DNA from: Fimbriosthenelais zetlandica | Lineage: Eukaryota | Reading direction: 5' to 3' | DNA: 64,000 bases | NCBI GenBank assembly: GCA_977030845.1 | Contig: OZ365109.1 | Location: forward strand, 23,498,001 to 23,562,000 | Shown: positions 12,301-25,169 of the stretch, piece after piece | Layout of the letters: each line of letters starts with the position of its first letter | How positions within the stretch are numbered: position 1 is the first letter of the stretch | Program-made: the position numbers and the translations under genes | The notes under the pieces: model-generated | What the model was told of the DNA's origin: nothing | The model's database searches: none | Seen by the model: only the letters and a program-made list of their open reading frames with translations

Positions 12301-14214
12301 AGACAGCGTAGGGATAGAGGACTAATTTGTTTGGCGCATCGAGTACCGCTTGCATCGGGGCTGATTTGCCAGTATGTTAGCATAGACAACGAGCTCAATA
12401 GGGCGTGATGGACTGGCCAAGTCCTGTGTATGTGGTAAAGCCTTCATAATGTGTGTCAACATGCCATTCAGGTTTATCATCGAATGCCATGGCCCGAGCT
12501 TTAGATGGATGCAAAATGTGTCACTCATTGATAATCAATGGAGTCTGACGGGAAGATCTTCTGTGTGCTAGTTGTTAGGGCTCCTGGGTGGTGGCACCGA
12601 CAATGGCATTAATGTAATGCAAGCACAACTGAGGACAATGAGTCCACTCGAGCAAGGACATTGATCATATTTACCCGAGAGATGTTAACCTAATGTATAT
12701 ATGGTCATTATCCATAGCAAGGGCACGGTCTGGACATTAAATCGCTCTATTAGTGAAGTTTCCATTCAGTCGCCATGAATAAAATAGTGAGATTATAAAC
12801 ATTTTTTGCTTTATAATTAGATCAATTACACTACACTCACAAGAGTTGATGATATATAATATTAGGCAAGCATAAAGGCCAATACATTTTTAGGATTCCA
12901 CAAATGCACTTATATTGGCCTAGGCAAATGAATTATCAAGCAATGTAGAAAGTCCTTATAACTTAGAATAAGATAGCATTCTCACTATTATAATTATCCC
13001 TAGCTTTTAGTGAATAGTGTGATTTATATCTATACTGGCCTATCTGCTTCGAATGATGTTGATATTCCACACAAACCTTTGAAAGAAACGGTTACTGTGC
13101 TGAGCCCTGAGTCCCAAATCTCTTAATATTTATTTATCAGCAAATCAGGGATTGTCTGAAATCTGGGGGATCACTGAGGGAAATGTTCCCTGTCCCATTT
13201 CAGGCTTGCAAGGACATTCAATCGATGGGGAAGCAGGATGGAGTTCCCTCTTTGAAGCATTGAACCTATTATTCCCAGTCATAAATAACAAGCAAACGCC
13301 CGAGTTCTAGTGCCTGGGGGTTAGGTGGCATTTTGGATAACCCTGGGATTTGATGGATAACTTTTCCTGTCCCATGCAATGCCATGGACGTCAAGGACAC
13401 CTCCCTTGTCATCGGAGACTGAACTAGGTATCAAATATTTATGTGAACTTTAGTCCTCTAGTTTCACCTCTCCCCTATATGTGTCAATCCAGTCAGTTAG
13501 GCAGCTCATGACTCGGATTCTGATCTGAATTACCCCACGAAGTCATGTTTTGAGCGAATAAAAAAACAACTAAAAATCAATGATATTTTGTTCGGGTAAA
13601 ACAAAGGCACAGTTTAGAAACCATGTTTTAATGGAACGTGAAATCACGCAAGAGTTACAGGCCACCCATTCATTGTGTAGCATCACCTCAATGGCTGATC
13701 ATGCATTTATTATGAAATTCATCAATGAAAAGCTGTCACCTAGTGCAGACCTCGGCCCACCGTACACCTTACGTGCAGAGTAATGACCACAGAGCTATTT
13801 TGTAAAGTCATAAATTGATCTTTTCTAAGCTTTGTGTCATGGCCTTTGTAGGTCCCATTAGGCTATTACATTAGAGGGCAGACCTTTGTGATAGGGGATG
13901 CCTACAACCTTCCTGAGTGTGGCTGGTTGTGATCCGGCCTCCTCTCAATAGCTATTATATGAATAGGTTTGGCTCGATTCCAAATGGCCAATCATCGGAA
14001 CATCATCAAGTCATAATCATTTCATAGAGTGCAAATAACCCATACAGTGAGAACAACCAATAAAAGCTCCCTCCCATCATGCCCTTACACATACACCATA
14101 TTGTTTTGCTTGAACTTATAGGCTATAAGGCCAACAAAGAGTTCAGTGATATGTTCTTAAAGGATCTAAAGTCTTTGAGGCTTTGATTGCAGTAACTATG
14201 AGCAGTGCACTTAC

Positions 14215-14317
14215 CGTATGCAGTTGCTGAGAGAAGACTGAAGCATACAATAAGGGCGATCGCCCGTGTAACTGCACCGGCCCGGGGCAAATGCATGCAG
14301 CCTACTAGCGTATCCAT
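14215..14317 (-). CDS. Candidate first coding exon encoding a signal peptide
   Basis: GGGAGATGG start context with an in-frame TAA 7 codons upstream. Translates MDTLVGCMHLPRAGAVTRAIALIVCFSLLSATAY-G (basic residue, hydrophobic core, A-x-G end), followed at once by a consensus GTAAGT donor in phase 1 (14214-14209). Confidence 0.5.
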
Positions 14318-14929
14318 CTCCCAACTGGACTTGAATTATCTGCCTGAGCGAACTAAGTGAACGTTGCCGTCTCTCCGCCTGTCAGGTACTGTAACCCACT
14401 TGCTTTAGAGAGGCGTGTGAGCTACTCAAGCGCTCCTACAAGTGTTATTACACAACTCACTTTATCTTGTAGCAGAGCTCCAAGTATAAAGGCCAGTCCA
14501 AAATTGAGTAATGCTCTTGGCTTTGAGGACCCGATGCTTGTCTTATGAGATTACTCGATCCTTTTTGTCCTCCTTACCCTCGCCGGTCGACCGGTGTAAG
14601 TGTGTAATCAGCTTGTTCCTCTCCTATGGAAAAAGTTGTCGAAGCTCCTTGAACACCTGGAGAGACACGATGGTAGTAGATCATTAACTTAATAGCACCT
14701 ATCACGATAAGAGTGTACTGTCACTGGAGTATGGCCAGGAGAGTTGAGTAAACCTTATGAGATCCAAAGGCGGACGTCCAAATGAGTAATGGGCGGCAGG
14801 TGGTTCTACTTGACCCTATGACAAGGCTGTAAAGGCCAACGACCACTGAAGGGAAACCTGCTTGGAGTAAGTCACGGAGCTACTGGTGTAAAGCTGAAGC
14901 ACTATACAGGCTTTGCTCCTCCTCCCTCC

Positions 14930-14956
14930 AGCAGCAGTAGTAGTAGTAGCAGTAGC
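14930..14956. repeat. (AGY)n trinucleotide microsatellite
   Basis: AGCAGCAGTAGTAGTAGTAGCAGTAGC. Confidence 0.85.
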
Positions 14957-16539
14957 GATATGGACCGTCCAGTCCCAGAACACAGAATGAAGCTCCTCGC
15001 TGTGAGCATCGGCAGATGAGCTGCTTGAATGTTATTCAGCAACCTGCGGAGGAGTAGGAGGAGTCAGAGAGGACAGCTAGTACTCTGTCACGAAGCCTGG
15101 CTCTAGATACGTCCTCTGTGGAGGCGGGCAGGATCAGGAGTCAGTTGGAGGCAGGAGAGAGAATGAGGTGCTGACACAGCCTACTATTGCTTATCACCCA
15201 CTCATCCTCCCATCAACAAAAGCCTCCCACCTTTTTTCCCCTACCTTTGATTGTCCTCCTACTTACAACTCGGACCCGCCTCTTCCCGTTCACCTTTTAC
15301 TCTCAGCCCCAGTAATATGCGTAGGATAAACTGAATGAATTACAAATCCACGTTCCCACTTTTTTACTACAACAAAAGGAGACAGTGTAAAAGCAGTACC
15401 CACGATTTGTGCTAGTGTGGGGGACGCCGATAGGACTTGAGAGCAGAGGTTAGGTGGATGAGACGAAGAAGAAGGCGGAGACTGTACCTATGAGTGGTTT
15501 CTCCCTTGTGGTTTTCGGGACAGCAATCATTTACACATCCGTGAGCCCACAAGTTTCCCCGAGTAACTCAGATCATAACGTCTTTATCTCTCCCTATCAT
15601 TCCAAGCACCCCATCTCTGTCCGTGTCTGTTTCATGCTTCAGCTCACTCGAATGATATTCCTTGGTCCCTTGCTATATGCAGCTCTGGGAAACCAAACCT
15701 CACTCCGCCTCACAATAACCCGTCTCAGTGGCTTCCCGGGCATTTCTCTTTCCAGCTGAACTCTGATGGCGTCAGGCGACTTCAGATAGCAAACTTATCA
15801 AAGCTTTTTCCTCCATCTATATACATGTATACATATATATTCAGAGAAAGTCTATACATATAGTTATAAGCTGTATTTGCTGCATGGGCCATCAAGGGTA
15901 AGTCAACCTGACTGAACTACACAGGTTTACTCTGCTTGCAGCACGTGTATCGTGTTGTTAACCTGCCCCCAATGGTAGTTTTAGGCTTACGCTGCTTGGC
16001 CTGATGGCTGAAAGATGCAACAGAACAAGAGTAAGACTCAGCAGCGCCACCACATGGCTATTGAGGCCAACTAGGGATCGATAGTGGCCAGCTATTTGTA
16101 CGCAAGGAACGATGCTGTTGAGCCACGTGCTTCCAATGCTAACTGATGGCAGGCCTAGGGACGGTCAGTGTCACTCAAACCAATATCCATCGGTGCAACA
16201 TGCCATTTTTTAAACGCCTGGTCAATGTGTTTGAACTGACATTGATTCTGAACGGAGCCAACTGCTGGAGTTCGCATCACTTAAACCTGATGCCCTAAAG
16301 TACTGACTTGACTGTGCAGGCAGTGTATGCTGCTCATGTTTCTAACCAAGAGCTCATGTTAGATACAAGTATCCCCCTTTTTTACCGTCCCACAACATCA
16401 AAGACTGGTAAGAAGCCCATTCCCAATGAAAAGAATCTGCACCAGTTGTTTTGGTGGGAAACAATGGCGAACCTCAACTAGTGCATTATCATACAAAGAA
16501 TACCTCCCAGAATATCTTTGCTTTGTATTCTTCTGTTCC

Positions 16540-17030
16540 CATCCAGTGATACGGTACGTTTTACAAGTGCATTCCAGTCACAGAAGAGCTCATTGTATTT
16601 CGCCAAGTCGGTGCAGAAGAACTCGAGTACGAGAACCTAAGTGTTGGAGAAGGATGCACTTAGCAGCTGAAGCCAAACATGAAACTGGCGCTTGGTTAGA
16701 CTAGAGAGCACGATTGGTGGCAGCTTTTGCTCTGTCTTCCCCTCAGGAGGTTGTATGTCTGTGGAAGCCCCAGATGGGACCCCTTCCCTGCCGGTGTCTA
16801 TCTCCCCTGACAACCTGTTTAGTCGAAGTAAGGCAGGCAGAGCTCGTTAGGCAAGGGAGTCATGCCTGGTCGTCCCGTAGGGCCTCATGGCCTCCTCCAG
16901 TCTGTGGCTACGAACACTCAACCAAGCTGACGACCAATTTGTGCCAGTGTTAGAGCCGTCAGTTACAAATAGGCCTCTAGCACCCCCGTTAAACATCGTG
17001 TCAACAATGCTGATGCTCAAAACTTTGTCC
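16540..17030 (+). pseudogene. Decayed titin-like FN3 repeats
   Basis: In order across frames: HPVIRYVLQV; VFRQVGAEE...GEGCT*QLKPNMKL; SSPQEVVCLWKPQ...SPLTTCLVEVRQ (from 16801, compare SPITGYxVExR); LWLRTLNQA; PLAPPLNI (16974-16997). Spacing is close to one ~95-aa FN3 unit plus linker. Confidence 0.55.
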
Positions 17031-18071
17031 ATGTTTATATCAATAAAATGCAAAATGAAAATTAGCCCAAGGACGGTTGGATTCCAGACAGGAAAGCATG
17101 GAACATGACCGATGAACCTCGATAAATAAAATGTACACAGACTTTAAAGAAAAGCAAAGTATTAGATAAGGAAATAAGAGGAAAGACAAGGTTAAGCTAG
17201 CTCCAACCCTTCCAGGCATGAGGCATTGGAAGGTAATTAAAATGCATGTATTGTCGATATGTATCAGTAACTTCAAGACAGCTTGGCCTGGATTTGCAGA
17301 CTGCATGCTTCATCACTGTATTGCATGGCCTTATGTATTTCCTATGAAGAAAATTGACATATAACTCAGTTAATTGCTTTCTTCAAAAGATGGATAGATG
17401 GGCCCCGTGAGCATTTGTCAGAAAACACATAATTAATCTCAAGTCTGCCTCTTCCCAGTGTGCGATTGACTTTTTTAAAGGCTATTCATCTTTGTATTTT
17501 GTTATGGGGAGCTAGATTTTTGTATTCCCTTTGCTTTCTTGGCTATTATCTTTTTGATCCCATAGTCTTCCCCTTAATCTTGAATCATTATGCATTTTTT
17601 GTTCCAAATGATCACCACTTGGATTTCATTCTTTCCAGTCGATCATTGACAGAGAGTTTTCTTCGGGTCATTCCATGGGGGTGAGTGACTGTGAATGATA
17701 GCATCGCCTCATGCATGCCTTCAATTCCCTATACTACTTAGGAAAATTGAAGGAGAATGTTTTAAGCTACTCCTTCCTTCTACCAAATAAGCTTAGCAAA
17801 GAGTGATCATGCGAGTGGGAAACCTATACAGCTACGTAAAGGCACTACAGGAAGGAGGAAGCACATTCCAATGGCATTAACTTGCTCGGTTAAGGTTGAT
17901 TACTGCAGTGATAATGAGCTGGCTTCACCAATAATATGGCTCTATAAAAATTCTAACTAAAAAAAAAATAATAAAAAGATTGCATCAACTTGTGACCACG
18001 TCCTTTACTATTGTGTCCAAATTCACAGTAGATTTCTAATCAGTGCCTTTCCCACATGTTATTTAAATCAG

Positions 18072-18131
18072 GGGCCTGTTTCAGCGCAATAATCCCCATA
18101 GCATTGCTAATGGTTGTTCTGAAACAAGACC
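18072..18131. mobile_element. MITE family A variant with CAG target duplication
   Basis: CAG|GGGCCTGTTTCAG ... CTGAAACAAGACC|CAG; identical 3-bp flanks at 18069-18071 and 18132-18134. Confidence 0.7.
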
Positions 18132-18233
18132 CAGAATACCTGTCTGAATAGAGCTTTTATAATAGACATGAGGGGGAGGTGACAATGTGAAAGGTGCGCA
18201 CTTTCTGTGCACATCCTACTTACAGGACCTCTG

Positions 18234-18300
18234 GGACCTGTTTCAAAAGGAATATTAACAATGCTAAGTCTATGGCTAATATTCTTTTTGAAATAGGCTC
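18234..18300. mobile_element. MITE family A copy (67 bp)
   Basis: CTG|GGACCTGTTTCAAAAGGAATATTAACAATGCTAAGTCTATGGCTAATATTCTTTTTGAAATAGGCTC; inverted arms with the family core. Confidence 0.8.
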
Positions 18301-18848
18301 TAGAAGCTCCTGTAATTTAATAAAATATAAAATGAAACCGTATTAGTTACTTCTTGTTGTCCATATTTTAATTAAAATAATCGTGTGATCGTGTACCGAT
18401 TTGATAATGTATCAAATTATGTACCTTATTAGAATTTAATAATATTGTGTGATGTACCCAGGTACAGAGAAATCCACTGGTTGAGTATTATAGGTCTACG
18501 TTCATGAAAAAATGAAGTACTTATATTACACCATAAACAGATGTCCAGTGTATCTATAAATATATTATTTGAGATATTATCATATTAAGGAGTCCATATT
18601 CCGCGGCTAAGAAGATGGAAAGACGTGCGTACACACGATTCTGCTGATTCTGCATAAAAAAACAGCCCATATATGTCTCTGCCATCTATTTAGAGAGGTG
18701 TTTTCCAGTGGAATATATACCGAGATAATCTCTTCACCTTTTGCAGCCAGAAATGTCATAGACTCGAGGAAATGAGGGGAAATCCATTAGGAAACTGTAG
18801 GAGGGTAAGATATAGGGTCACGGCAGAGATATACATACATGTATATTC

Positions 18849-18862
18849 AGAGAGAGAGAGAG
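18849..18862. repeat. (AG)7 microsatellite
   Basis: AGAGAGAGAGAGAG. Confidence 0.9.
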
Positions 18863-20141
18863 AACAATGGAACCGTTACAGTAGCTTCCTGATATGGAGT
18901 TCTCATCTTAATTAGCCCGGAGAGCAATGCTTTCATGTGATCAGCTGGGGGATTAGCAAGGACATCCCGGAAATGATATATCCAGGTGCATCATATGTTT
19001 TACATATATGGAAGTCTTCAATCCGCCTACACAAAGACAAACAAGTGCATACATGTGGGCTTCGTTTCCGTAATATAAGAACGCTTGGCTCTATATAATT
19101 ATAAGATTAATCAAAGATAAGTATTCCTTCAAAATCTTCCGTAAAACATTGTACGACGTCTGGAAATTATTCAACCCGATATAATACTGTATAATCAATC
19201 ACCCGATGATAATTACTGTTTCTATACGGGCGTTTGACCAGTGTTTGGGTTGAGTTGAGCTTAAAATCATACTACCGAACTACCACAACATATTACATAA
19301 TTAAATCATTAGGTTCAAAGGTTAAGTTGAAGTATATTCATGAACAATATTTCTTGATTATATGTAAACATGTTTATTAGAAACGCTTCTTAGTACTGGC
19401 TGACCGTTATTGACATCATATAAGGGTTGTTGATGTTAAAATAATCCATGTTTGTACTCGTAATTAGCCTAACACTTTTCCCCATGGCTGAATATCTCCG
19501 TGATGCGTGTGTGCCTATTAGCAATGGAAGAAGCTGACGGGTGTGTGGGCGAAACTCTCCATGCACTCATTGATGTTAGGAAATCTCTATCCGGTTGAAT
19601 TCAACATGTGTAGGTGCCGTTAAACAGCAAATAAATCCCCTTTCCCAACGGAAATGATTGTTTTTCGTTTTTCACACGAGTGGGGTCAGGTATGCTATCT
19701 CTATTGAGTCCTATTTACAAATGATTTCGCCAGCACGCCCCCACGTTATCTCACTTATTCTGAAATGCATTTTTCAAACATCTTATATCAAATTGGATCT
19801 ATGACTAAGTGAAAATCAGGCGTATAATTCCAGCATGTTCGTGTTATTATGTTACTATTATTATGTTGTTAAAAGGTCTACTTTTCAAACGGTTTAATAT
19901 AAAGCTGTTTTCTTCATATCAATTTGGGGGGCTTCAAGGAACAAAATAATGCAATAAATATTATCCATGATCAATTACTACGCCTACGTGCAAATAAATC
20001 TCCATTAAGAATTTCTATACGTTTGAGAAAGTGTATATTAAATAGTGGACATGAGGACAAAGATATAATAATTTTGTATCATGTCCATTTAAGTAGGGCT
20101 GAGGGGACTCCGGGTGGGGGTCATTAAGGAAAGATGTGCAG

Positions 20142-20204
20142 CAACAATAATAACATCAATACAACAACAATATAACATCAATTTAACAACAATATAACAT
20201 CAAT
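20142..20204. repeat. Minisatellite, three copies of a ~20-22 bp unit
   Basis: CAACAATA(A)TAACATCAAT occurs three times in tandem with short spacers. Confidence 0.85.
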
Positions 20205-22026
20205 CCTTTTTGATCTCATTATTTCTTCATGAAAAGGACTCCAGAGTTTTGAATCTTCATTTCATAGCTCAGCATTGATTCAATGAAAAGTAAGAAATGA
20301 AGTATAATTATCCTTTGAAATGTGACTAATATAACTTGTATCTGTTTCGGTTTCGGTTTAATATAGTGCAGTGCAAGGATTCCTCACTTTCATTGCAGTT
20401 GCAAAAGCACTCTTTTGATGTTGATAAAAGGCAGATAATCAGAACTAATATCAGGCCATCCGTTTAAAAATAGTGAAACATGTTATTAGCCATACAGAAT
20501 TCAATGCATATGGTTCAAAGAAAATTTTAATTCTCATTGTTGGATCAATTCTCCAAAGGAGAACAGAAGTTCAGATTTAATAAAAGGGATTCAATATTAC
20601 GGAATGAAATTCAATGCGATAATGGCCTACTTTTTGTTCTTTTAACTGTTGATAACAAAGCAGAAACTCTCTGCCACGTACTGGAATAAGGCACTAGCCA
20701 CTTAATTCACAGATCTTATTTCCTTGTAAAATAAATCATATGTCTACGATGGGATGATTTGCTTTGCCCATTCATCATCAAAATGTTTGGGAGATTTTTT
20801 ATAATCGAAGCGACAACAAAGCTTCTTAAAGGACATTTTCCATCAAAGAGTCATGTTGTTTTCTTTTCGTGTACGCATATATTATCTACTTTTAATGCAT
20901 TATGCATGTGTGATTGGGTTTTGGTTACCTCGAGATATCGCGCACCCAAGGCCTTGCGGATGCTTTGATATCAGGCTCGTATTTCCTCTTGTGATCGACT
21001 AGTGACCTTTGATATATCTTCCAAGAAACTGCACAAGGTATCTAGGGAATAACAATTTATTTAGCTTTGCAGAAGCATATGGTCTTTTTAACTTATGACA
21101 CCAAAATACTTGATTGTCCTAATTGCTTCGGCATTTGTTATTTAAAAAATGCAGCAGGGACCCATTTAGTAATTATAGACAAGTAATTTATACATCCTAA
21201 CTTTATAAGCCACGGTTTGTATCCCAATACCCACATTTATTGCTTCTCAGAAACCAGACACATACAATAATTATGTGAGAAAAAGGCCCCATGACCACAG
21301 GTCTTTATAGATATATATGATTATAGAGTGCACATGTCTTGTTGGATGACATTTTTAAGACAGTTTTGAGAGTAAGATGACACATCACTTATCCTACACC
21401 GTACCATCATGTGTACATTGTTTCGACCGATCCAGCCACCATGATTTGGTTTGATAACAAGTATAACTTATTAACTATAACACATTTTCAAATGCTAATT
21501 TAAAGTACATGGTGTTGTCAGGCTGCCTTCGTCTGAAATGCTACCCAAGAAATGGAATGGCAATGGACATGCAGTGTCATTTGCAATATATCTGAGTTAC
21601 TGTAGGCCTACATGTATTTACCTTTTTCCTGTAAGGAAGTGCATCCTTTCGCTTGTGGGTGCTTTGCAAGATTTGTGAGTTACATAGAACCATTTATTTT
21701 AAATTGTATACAATACTGTTGCACCTCAGGCTTCGTATACATACATGACGTAGCTATCATTCATTTTTACATGTATCTCATCTCATCTTGTGTGGCCCTC
21801 ATCTTGTTTTTGTTGATTAATATGTTTTTTTGTGCGTATCATATTGTCCCAATCACCTGTCCTTTTGGGCGTATTTGTTAGAGATTGTATTGTTCTGTCG
21901 CACCTCAGGTGTTGTATGCATGCACGAATCTTAGCAATTATGACGAACAGAGTCTTACCCCCTTGAGTCCGTTCCATAACGCCCGCTAAAATACATGAAG
22001 TTCATAATATTATATCATAATAACAG

Positions 22027-22194
22027 GGCCGCATTGTACTAAGCCAACGAGGCCCAACGACCCCTCGTAGAAGCATTTTCATTGTACCATCGTTGGCAAT
22101 CTTAGCTGTCAACAACAAGCATTGTCAACGATGGTACAATTGAAATGCTTCTACGAGGGGTCGTTGGGTCTCGTGAGCTTAGTACAATGCGTCC
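22027..22194. mobile_element. 168-bp foldback MITE with CAG target duplication (PIF/Harbinger-like)
   Basis: 74-bp inverted arms (22027-22100 and 22121-22194, about 7 mismatches) around a 20-nt spacer. GGCC/GTCC termini; CAG on both sides (22024-22026, 22195-22197). Confidence 0.85.
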
Positions 22195-23135
22195 CAGAAA
22201 GGAAATCCTACTTTATCTCCAGGATCGCCATCTTAGCGCGTCTTTATGAAACAGGCCCCTGGGAGCCTATTCAAGATATCAGCCCATATATATATATATG
22301 CTTTTAACATCGGTCACGGATCTTTGTCGTGGATTTGCATCTTAACAACTCTGACGCCATGGGAATGAATCCCAGTCCTTTTATGGACGTGATGTTTGTT
22401 GAAGTAAACCTCCACTTGATCTTAACAGCACAGGTGAGGGATTGAAGCAGCGGTAGGAGTCAGAACTCGTGGTGAAGTGTGTGCTTGGACACTTACCACA
22501 AGGCCACACTTGGACGTCATCAAATCAGGCATGGACCATTGATTGTATAACTGCATTGATTACCGTGGTATGATTAATACCTAATGAATTGTTTGCATCA
22601 TCTGGCCCTCATTTTATTTGTCTCATATTTTGACATCCTCATGCACATAGGCGTGACCTTGATTATTCGTACCTGGATTGTTTTCAATGCCTTAATTAGT
22701 AAATGGTTGTATCAGTCAATTAACACAGTTTATGTTTCATTCCATATAAGTTATAATGTATTATTAATAAGGCAAAGTTCCGTTATTATATATTTGTGAA
22801 TATGACAATAATAAATTAAAAGTGTTGTGCAATGTTATGTATGTATACCTCAATGTTATCATAAAGTTTATGCATACAAGCCTCAAGCAAAACAGGCGTG
22901 TCTGTCTAGAAATCTACACAATCTACATGTATGCTGTATGCCAGGACGTGTTTCAGAAATAAAGTGGAAGCACCATGCATTATACATTATTATGACAGGT
23001 TAGAAGGGCACCAGAATAATTTTCCAGAAACGGGCACCAGACCCTGATGAGTGCCAAACGGTGATAGTCATTATGCTGCAATAAAATTTATTGTTCAGCG
23101 GATTCCATGCACCAGACCCACGCAGATGGGTTATA

Positions 23136-23889
23136 GGCTGCCCCCACCAACCCCGACAGGCTCCCCGACAGTTCCCGATAGGGGTCCCGATAAACAATTC
23201 CCCGACAGCTCCCGACAGCAAGGACTGTCGGGAGCTGTCGGGGACATTTTTATTTTGGATCCATGTATACGATAGGTATACCGACACTGTCCGTTACTAT
23301 GGCATGGTCACGTTGGTTACAGAAGGAAATATTAATATTCAGTGTTGATTGATAATGTCACGTGTAATTATCCTGTTCAAAGGGATCAGTAATATTATAA
23401 GTGACACAATAAATACTTTTTATCTAAACTTTATTGATTAATTTATTCACATTCACTTTTTCAACTTTCTATAGTATTTTTTTTAATTTTTTTTTATTTT
23501 TAGAAAACTAGGCTTAGTTACCATGATTTTTTTTTAGAAATCCATAATTGCGAGCCTTCATTTGACAACCAGAACATCGATAAACCTGTTGGTAACTATC
23601 GGTAACTGTCGGTGTCATACTCCCCACTTACCGATAAACTTATTTTTCTGTCGGTATCTATCGGGAAGCTGAGTATATCCCGACAAAAATCCAACATGTT
23701 CGATCCTGTCGGGAGCTTCCCGATAAAACTCTCTTATCGGGAGCCTGTCGGGACTGCTGTCGGGGCGTTGGTCCCCACCAACCCCGATACACCCCGACAC
23801 ACCCCGACAGCAGATCTCCCGATAAAAAACGCTGTCGTAATTGCTATCGGGAACTGTCGGGGAGCCTGTCGGGGTTGGTGGGGGCAGCC
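23136..23889. mobile_element. 754-bp non-autonomous DNA transposon with TIRs and repeated CCGAYA motifs
   Basis: Perfect 49-bp inverted repeat at 23133-23181 and 23844-23892 (including flanking TA). More than 20 CCGACA/CCGATA motifs in both orientations, an AT-rich non-coding centre, and a perfect internal 20-bp hairpin at 23199-23244. Confidence 0.85.
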
Positions 23890-24490
23890 TATCAGGGGCG
23901 ACATATAAATGACCTCTTTTCAGTATTGTCAATGAGGGATTCCGGATTTATGCGGAAAGTGTAAAAGAAATATCGCAAACTGAAAACAACTCAAAAATAT
24001 TTTGTAATATTGTGCGGAGCTTCATAGAAATTGGAGGATATTTTTGGAACGTTTGGAACTGTCGGTGAATAATAATCGTTGCAATGTTATCTCTCTGATA
24101 TATTATTCAATTTGGTTGTAGTCCATACAAACCCATTACTAAGCATAAAACATGAGGGTCAAAAGATATAGATGGGTGGAAGTACTGCGTATTGTTACCT
24201 TGATCTCTATGCAGGGTACATTAGGGACTCCATTATGACTGCCTTTATCATTGCTAGACCGTTAACAACCCCTTATCTGTATTGACCCCAAGAAGAAGGG
24301 AAGAGAAGGTTCTTTTAAGGCAGTCTAATCGATATGACAGGCGTGGTGCTGTTTTTGTACGGTCAACAGAATCTGATATTCAGATTACACAGTGTAGATT
24401 TTGGAATAATTTATTGATGGGCTGCATGGTGATATACAGGAAAAGAAAGCTTCGTTCGATGTGTCTTATATCTTATATATATTATATATC

Positions 24491-24557
24491 AAGCCTGTTT
24501 CAAAACGAGTATTAGCCATAGACTTAGCATTGCTAATATTACTTTTGGAACAGGCCC
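24491..24557. mobile_element. MITE family A copy (67 bp)
   Basis: AAGCCTGTTTCAAAACGAGTATTAGCCATAGACTTAGCATTGCTAATATTACTTTTGGAACAGGCCC; core in the opposite orientation to the 18234 copy. Confidence 0.8.
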
Positions 24558-24561
24558 CATG

Positions 24562-24628
24562 GAGACCATTTCAAAAGCAACATCGGTATAATGCTAACTC
24601 TACAAAAGTGTCTTCTTTGAAACGGCTC
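24562..24628. mobile_element. Diverged MITE family A relative abutting the previous copy
   Basis: GAGACCATTTCAAAAG ... AATGCTAACTCTA ... CTTCTTTGAAACGGCTC; same 67-bp length, family-like termini and core. Confidence 0.5.
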
Positions 24629-25169
24629 GTAAGGTTCGTTTCACAACGTCAACAAAAAAGCCCATATTAATTTTGTGTCCCCTTTAAATTGAGTTTGTAC
24701 ATTTATGGGATGGAAATTACATCATCTCTTGCGCATGCCTTTATGAAACGGGTCCCTGGTGATATCAACTTCCATGTGTATACACCATCTCCACAAGAAC
24801 TCTCTCCTCAAGCAGCTAGGAACCGATCGCCTGTCATCTTCTAATAAATAATAGCCATGCGGTAATCCAAGAGTCACCATAAAAAGCACCATTTCTTATG
24901 GAAACAAAACCGTAATTTTGACAAAAACATAATTACATCCAAATAGCCGTAAATTGAATACATACACCCATACCAAAAGTTTAGATCATTGGCGAAATCT
25001 GCATGGCAAACGGTCTATACTTTTGGTAGGTACATACATGTGCGTCATACTCTTCAATTCAACCACTCCTTTCCTCCGATAACTACCTGCTAATGGACCT
25101 TCGCTTAATTGTGTTTTATCATCGAGTTAATTATATTCACTAACTGCTTCTAATTCCCTGTCATTCATT

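Noticed and set aside
11931-12398. 155-aa minus ORF and several overlapping plus ORFs
   Set aside because: Open frames on both strands are expected in a GC-rich patch; no recognisable motif.
14534-14595. Plus-strand hydrophobic stretch MLVL*DYSILFVLLTLAGRP followed by GTAAGT, suggesting a divergent second signal exon
   Set aside because: In-frame TGA at codon 5 and the donor is in phase 2; too weak to call.
23000-23932. ORFs of 74-105 aa on both strands
   Set aside because: By-products of the GC-rich CCGAYA repeats; the translated similarity simply mirrors the inverted repeat.
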